Assembly (NCBI RefSeq): GCF_006345805.1
Contig: NW_021833690.1
Span: 1-55,904, forward strand
Origin: Octopus sinensis
Taxonomy: Eukaryota
Reading direction: 5' to 3'
Length of the DNA stretch: 55,904 nucleotides
Position numbers and translations under genes: made by a program. Each line of letters starts with the position of its first letter. The first letter of the stretch is position 1. The notes under the pieces are model-generated. The model was not told the DNA's origin. It searched no databases and was given only the letters and a program-made list of their open reading frames with translations. Below are positions 48,612-55,904 of the stretch, in pieces.

Positions 48612-48690
48612 ATTTTAAGTGGCAGAGTCTTACTGAACCAAATGGTTTTACTTCAAAGAAATCTTGATTTATGACTCTGCCACTTAAAAT
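48612..48690. repeat. Perfect 18-bp inverted repeat, 43-nt spacer
   Basis: ATTTTAAGTGGCAGAGTC / GACTCTGCCACTTAAAAT. Confidence 0.8.
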
Positions 48691-48834
48691 TTATTATGTA
48701 TGTATACATATATACATACACATATGAACCTGTTCTGGTATCCTACAAGTTGTGCTAGATTCTAATTAATTCTATAACAAAAATATACGCGTATGCGCAT
48801 GTGTGTGTGTATGTGTGTGTATGTGTTTTACGAC

Positions 48835-49584
<750 letters not shown>

Positions 49585-49744
49585 TATATATGCATCTGTG
49601 TGTACATATTCAAGTACCAATGTTTCTCTCTCCACACACACATATACACACATACACATATGTATGAACGTATATTTGTATGTATGTATGTATATATATA
49701 TTATATATATATATTATATATATATATTATATATATATATTATT

Positions 49745-49778
<34 letters not shown>

Positions 49779-51249
49779 ATAATACATACATACACACATA
49801 CATTCAGACACATATGCATACAAACAGACACGTATGCATATATATATTCAGACGTGTATACATACACATATGCACGCATGCATGCATCCATCTATATATA
49901 CATACATACAAACATACATGCATACATATACATACATACACACATACATACATACACACACACATACATACATGCATACATACATACATACATACATACA
50001 CACACGCATACATACATACATACATACATACATACATACATACATACATACATACATACATACATACATACACACACACATACATACATACATACATGCA
50101 TACATACATACATACATACATACATACATACATACTTGCGTATGTGCGTACATACAGACACAGACGTATGGCTTACAGGTATTTCTACAGTGGTGCTGTC
50201 AACACTAAAGCGAAGCTAAAAGATGTTGTCAACGTCTTTGTCTCATTAGCAAAGTTATTCACAGCTGTAGATGATGTTTCATCTAATATTTCTACAGCAA
50301 AGCACCTTCTCTCTTTGATTTTTATCTGCCAAATTCTCTTCCACTTACTTAACTGCAGCACTGCGCTGCTGCAAATGCACTCAGAATTTGTGACCAACAA
50401 TTTATCCGTTTTTCGCGAAGAAGTGATTTCAGATTTAGATTTTTCTTATCATAAACCACGATTTGTTCCTCTAGGGAAGCATTTTTCAGCTTTATTCATT
50501 ACATGCGTACTGATTTAAAAAGACGCGTGTATGTGTATGTATATATTGCATATATATATATACATACATATATATATATATAATATGTATACATATTGGT
50601 ATACTTATATAGACATTCATACACATGTAAATATGTATTTATATATACATATACATTTATATACAAATACCTATGTATATGGAGTTTTATGCATATAAGT
50701 GTATAGGTTTATATATTTGCATATATATGTATATATATATATATACATACATACATACATATATATATACCTATGAGTGTGTGTGCGTGTGTTTATACAC
50801 ACACACAAACACACATATATGTATGTATGTATACACACACATAGATAGAAAAACATATATATAAGCATATATGTATGGACGTCTTGTGTTTTGCTTACGC
50901 AGTGTTAAATAATTAATATTTCTACATATAGTACTTTATGTATGTATGTATGTATGTATGTATGTATGTATGTATGTATGTATGTATGTATGTATGTGTG
51001 TATGTATGTATGTATGTATGTATGTATGTATGTATGTATGCATGTTTGTAAGTATGTGTATGGTGGGGACTGTTTGTGAGTAGCTGTATTTGTGTATGTA
51101 TATGTTTACGTAAAATGTCTGCAGACAAGGAAATACTTTATGAATACAAGAGAAAATTCTTACCTAAATATGTATCTCTTATGTAATCGCCTTTTCCTTT
51201 AGGTAATAAGCACATAGATACGTATATACATACATACATGTATATAGTA

Positions 51250-52479
<1,230 letters not shown>

Positions 52480-52567
52480 TTATCTATCTACCTATCTATC
52501 TATTTATCTACCTGTTTGACTGTCTGTCTGTCTGGCTGTTTGTCTGCCTATTTATATATACCCCAAC

Positions 52568-52608
<41 letters not shown>

Positions 52609-52609
<1 letters not shown>

Positions 52610-52900
52610 TGTTCTGATCAATAAGTATCCGGACTGTTGCTGTAGTAACGAAGCTAAAGTACGGGGATTCAAGCCGCTAGACACAGATTGACCTTGAACT
52701 CTGCTGTACATGCGCATTAAATTTTAACATTCTAGTTCACTTCCGCTGTTTACAGCAGTGCTTTGAAGGAACATGTGTAGCGTGTGATCGTTGAATTGAC
52801 CATGAGAAAGGAAGTTCAGCAGAGAATCTATATCAAATTTTGCCAAAAGCTTGACGATACCTGCTCAGCGGATTACGCAAAGTTTTTACAAAGTTTTCAT
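52609..52900 (+). mobile_element. mariner 5' end (TIR and start of the HTH domain)
   Basis: TA-CTGTTCTGATCAATAAGTATCCGGACT; MRKEVQQRIYIKFCQKL resembles the mariner N-terminus. Confidence 0.65.
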
Positions 52901-53024
52901 CGTTCCCGACACAGTCATAGAGATATTGTGCAACTGAAGCCCGAATGTCTTTACCTTCAAAACGCGGAATAGATGAAACGGGGACAACTGATGAATTGGA
53001 ATATTCTTTATGCTGCATGTCTCG

Positions 53025-53220
53025 TTACTCAAGGCTATTGAAAAGATTGCAAGACGCAACAAAGATTTTAGAAAAATAAAAAAGAAATAAGTGGAAATTT
53101 TACCGGTGAGTGTGTTAATTTTAAGGCTTTAAAAGAGAATGACTCTCCCCAGATACAACAGAATATGCTTCAACACACGAATTCATAAAGAATCTTGCAA
53201 GCCAAATCCCAAAACGAAAT
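53025..53220. repeat. Unclassified dispersed repeat (copy of 13845-14045)
   Basis: Shared blocks as listed for 13845-14045. Confidence 0.8.
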
Positions 53221-53238
53221 ATATATATATATATATAT

Positions 53239-53365
<127 letters not shown>

Positions 53366-53371
53366 TTATAG

Positions 53372-53421
<50 letters not shown>

Positions 53422-53475
53422 TAGTAATATTATATATATATATATGTATATATATATAGTATATATATATATATG

Positions 53476-53530
<55 letters not shown>

Positions 53531-54342
53531 GTATATATACATGCAGACATACATATGTACATACGTACATACATACATACGTACATACATACATACATAC
53601 ATACATACATACATACATACATACATACATAATGTATATACGCAGAAAAACAGACCTATATATATGTCCGTACGTATGCATGTGTGCCTTATTTCTTCTC
53701 ATTAGAGAAACCTGGAATCTCAGTCTTGACTGAAATGCATTGTATTGTATTATATTGTATTATAACATAAAACATCGCCATTGACATCGCTGATACATAG
53801 AGTATGAATGTAAAACACTCCTTACATTTTTTTTTTTTGTTTTTGAGACTGAAACTAGATATCGTTGTAGACCAAGTAGCATAGCAACAACTTTGTAAAT
53901 AAATATATTTGCGTTAATCTGAAGATGTAACATTCATTCATTCATTCTGTGTCACTGACCTTGCCGCACGACACACTTTCGTGTTTTCTTAAATTTGAGA
54001 GCTTGTGCATAAGTGCGCGCGCCTATATGCGTGTTGACACGAACACATCATAAACATGACTTGACTTCCATCCCAGACACTTCATATCCTGAAAATATTT
54101 GTATTACCTGCTTAAGGAATTGTTTGTCTAAAGCCGGGCTTGCTAGTCTAAAGCCTTCTTCTGTAAAGAAGTGGCAATATATATATAATATATATATATA
54201 TATTATATATATATAATATATTATATATATATATTATATATACATGTAGGTACGTGTGTATTTACGTTCGTATATAGGTACGTTCGGACATATACGAGCA
54301 CAAATACACACATACATACATACGTACGTACGTATGTATGTA

Positions 54343-54626
54343 TACTCTTTTACTCTTTTACTTGTTTCAGTCATTTGACTGTGGCCATGCTGGAGCACTT
54401 TTATTCTTTTAATTGTTTCACTCATTGATTGCAGCCATGCTGGAGCACCTCCTTAAAGGGTTTTAGTCTAAGAAAACGATCCCAGGACTTATTCTTGAGA
54501 AGCTTAGTACTTATTCTATCGAACCTTTTTGTCGAATTGTTAAGTTACGGGTACATAAACACACCAGCATCAGTTGTCAAGTGATGGCGGGGGGACAAAC
54601 ACACACACACACACAAACACACATGC

Positions 54627-54660
<34 letters not shown>

Positions 54661-54817
54661 GAGCTTCTTTCAGTTTCCATCTACCAAATCCTCTCACAAG
54701 CGCTCGGTGGGCCCGAGGCTATAGTAGTAGACACTTGTCCAAGTTGCCACGCAGTGAAACTGAGCCCGGAACCGTGTGGTTGGGATGGAAATTTCTTACC
54801 ACAGAACCACGTAACGC
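54343..54817 (-). mobile_element. SINE family A with a duplicated 3' end
   Basis: CCATGCTGGAGCAC occurs twice (about 54385 and 54435), followed by the full body to the head remnant. Confidence 0.8.
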
Positions 54818-54839
54818 CTATATATACATACATACATAC

Positions 54840-54890
<51 letters not shown>

Positions 54891-55006
54891 ATATATATAT
54901 GTGCGTGTGTGTGTGTGTGTAGAAAGAGAGAGAGAGAGAAAAGGTATTCTCTTTCTTTATAGGCAGTATCAACAAAAAGGACTATTAGTACCTTTTTTTA
55001 TGTGTA

Positions 55007-55212
55007 CAGTAATCCCTCGACTATCACGGGTGTTACGTTCCAAAACCTCGCACAGAAATTATTAAAATCTAAAAAAATATAAGTATCTATCGGCCGCAGA
55101 AACCCGTGATATATTGAGGATTCCGCGATATAAACTTACATATATTAACCAGAAAAATCTGCGATGTACTGAGTGCGCCATAGGTGAACTACGATATGGC
55201 GAGGGATTATCG
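55007..55212 (+). mobile_element. Tigger/pogo-like MITE
   Basis: TA-CAGTAATCCCTCGA... and the imperfect inverted end ...CGATATGGCGAGGGATTATCG. Confidence 0.7.
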
Positions 55213-55520
55213 GGTGCCATTTAATATACACAATTTAAAAAAGAGCTACTGATAATTCCATGCTGCAGCGATACAATAATTTGGCAGATATATATGTATA
55301 ACATGGCATTATGCCTCTGAGCCATCCTACGGGCTCAATGTATTCCGTTAGACCTATTTAAAAACCAGAACGCTGGTCTATGAGAAAACATGAGAAAACA
55401 CGAGAGTCAAGTCAATTGAATACGTTATTATTTGATTCTCTTGAAAAATATGTATCTACCTATCTACATCCATCACCCCGCCTCTCTCTCGCTGTACACA
55501 CACGCACACAAACACAAACA

Positions 55521-55578
<58 letters not shown>

Positions 55579-55864
55579 GTGAGTGAACATACGAACGGGA
55601 GTTGATCTCAAGACAGCTGGAGTTAGGCTGGTTTAGCTCCCCATGTTACTAAAGTTTCGTCTACAAATCTCTGAGTAAAATGAGGAGCTTACTGTGTGCG
55701 TATGTGTGTGCGTGTGTGTACGTGCGTGTGTGCGTACGTGCGTGTGAGCGTGCCTGCATGTGCGTTTATGTGTGTGCGTGCATGTACACTTATGTGTGTG
55801 CGTACGCGTATATGTGTGTGTGTTTCTGTGCGTATGTCAATCTTTTTCTGGTACCTATCCATCC

Positions 55865-55904
<40 letters not shown>

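Overview
Eukaryotic, AT-rich, microsatellite-saturated DNA. The SINE families and repeat style suggest a coleoid cephalopod (Octopus-like); this is an inference from memory, not a database result. No host protein-coding gene, true tRNA/rRNA gene or CRISPR array can be supported, and nearly all ORF-track entries are microsatellite or antisense artefacts. The real content is mobile DNA: a 5'-truncated CR1-group LINE between two mirror-image arms of an A4T4-phased satellite; a near-full-length R4/Dong LINE plus partner elements nested in (TAA)n; a second, degenerate R4-like LINE; three copies of an L1/Tx1-clade LINE, each starting right after (TCTA)n; Penelope-like relics with minimal hammerhead-ribozyme motifs; Tc1/mariner, Tigger and hAT relics; and at least four tRNA-derived SINE families. 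Best leads: (1) a composite of tRNA head, (TAA)n and hammerhead with an inverted head duplication (31.3-31.6 kb); (2) apparent (TCTA/GATA)n targeting by the Tx1 LINE, with a possible 44-nt intron fusing its ORF1 to ORF2; (3) a crossed inverted-repeat element at 12.6-13.5 kb; (4) the foldback satellite around the CR1 LINE. Element boundaries were read by eye and are approximate.
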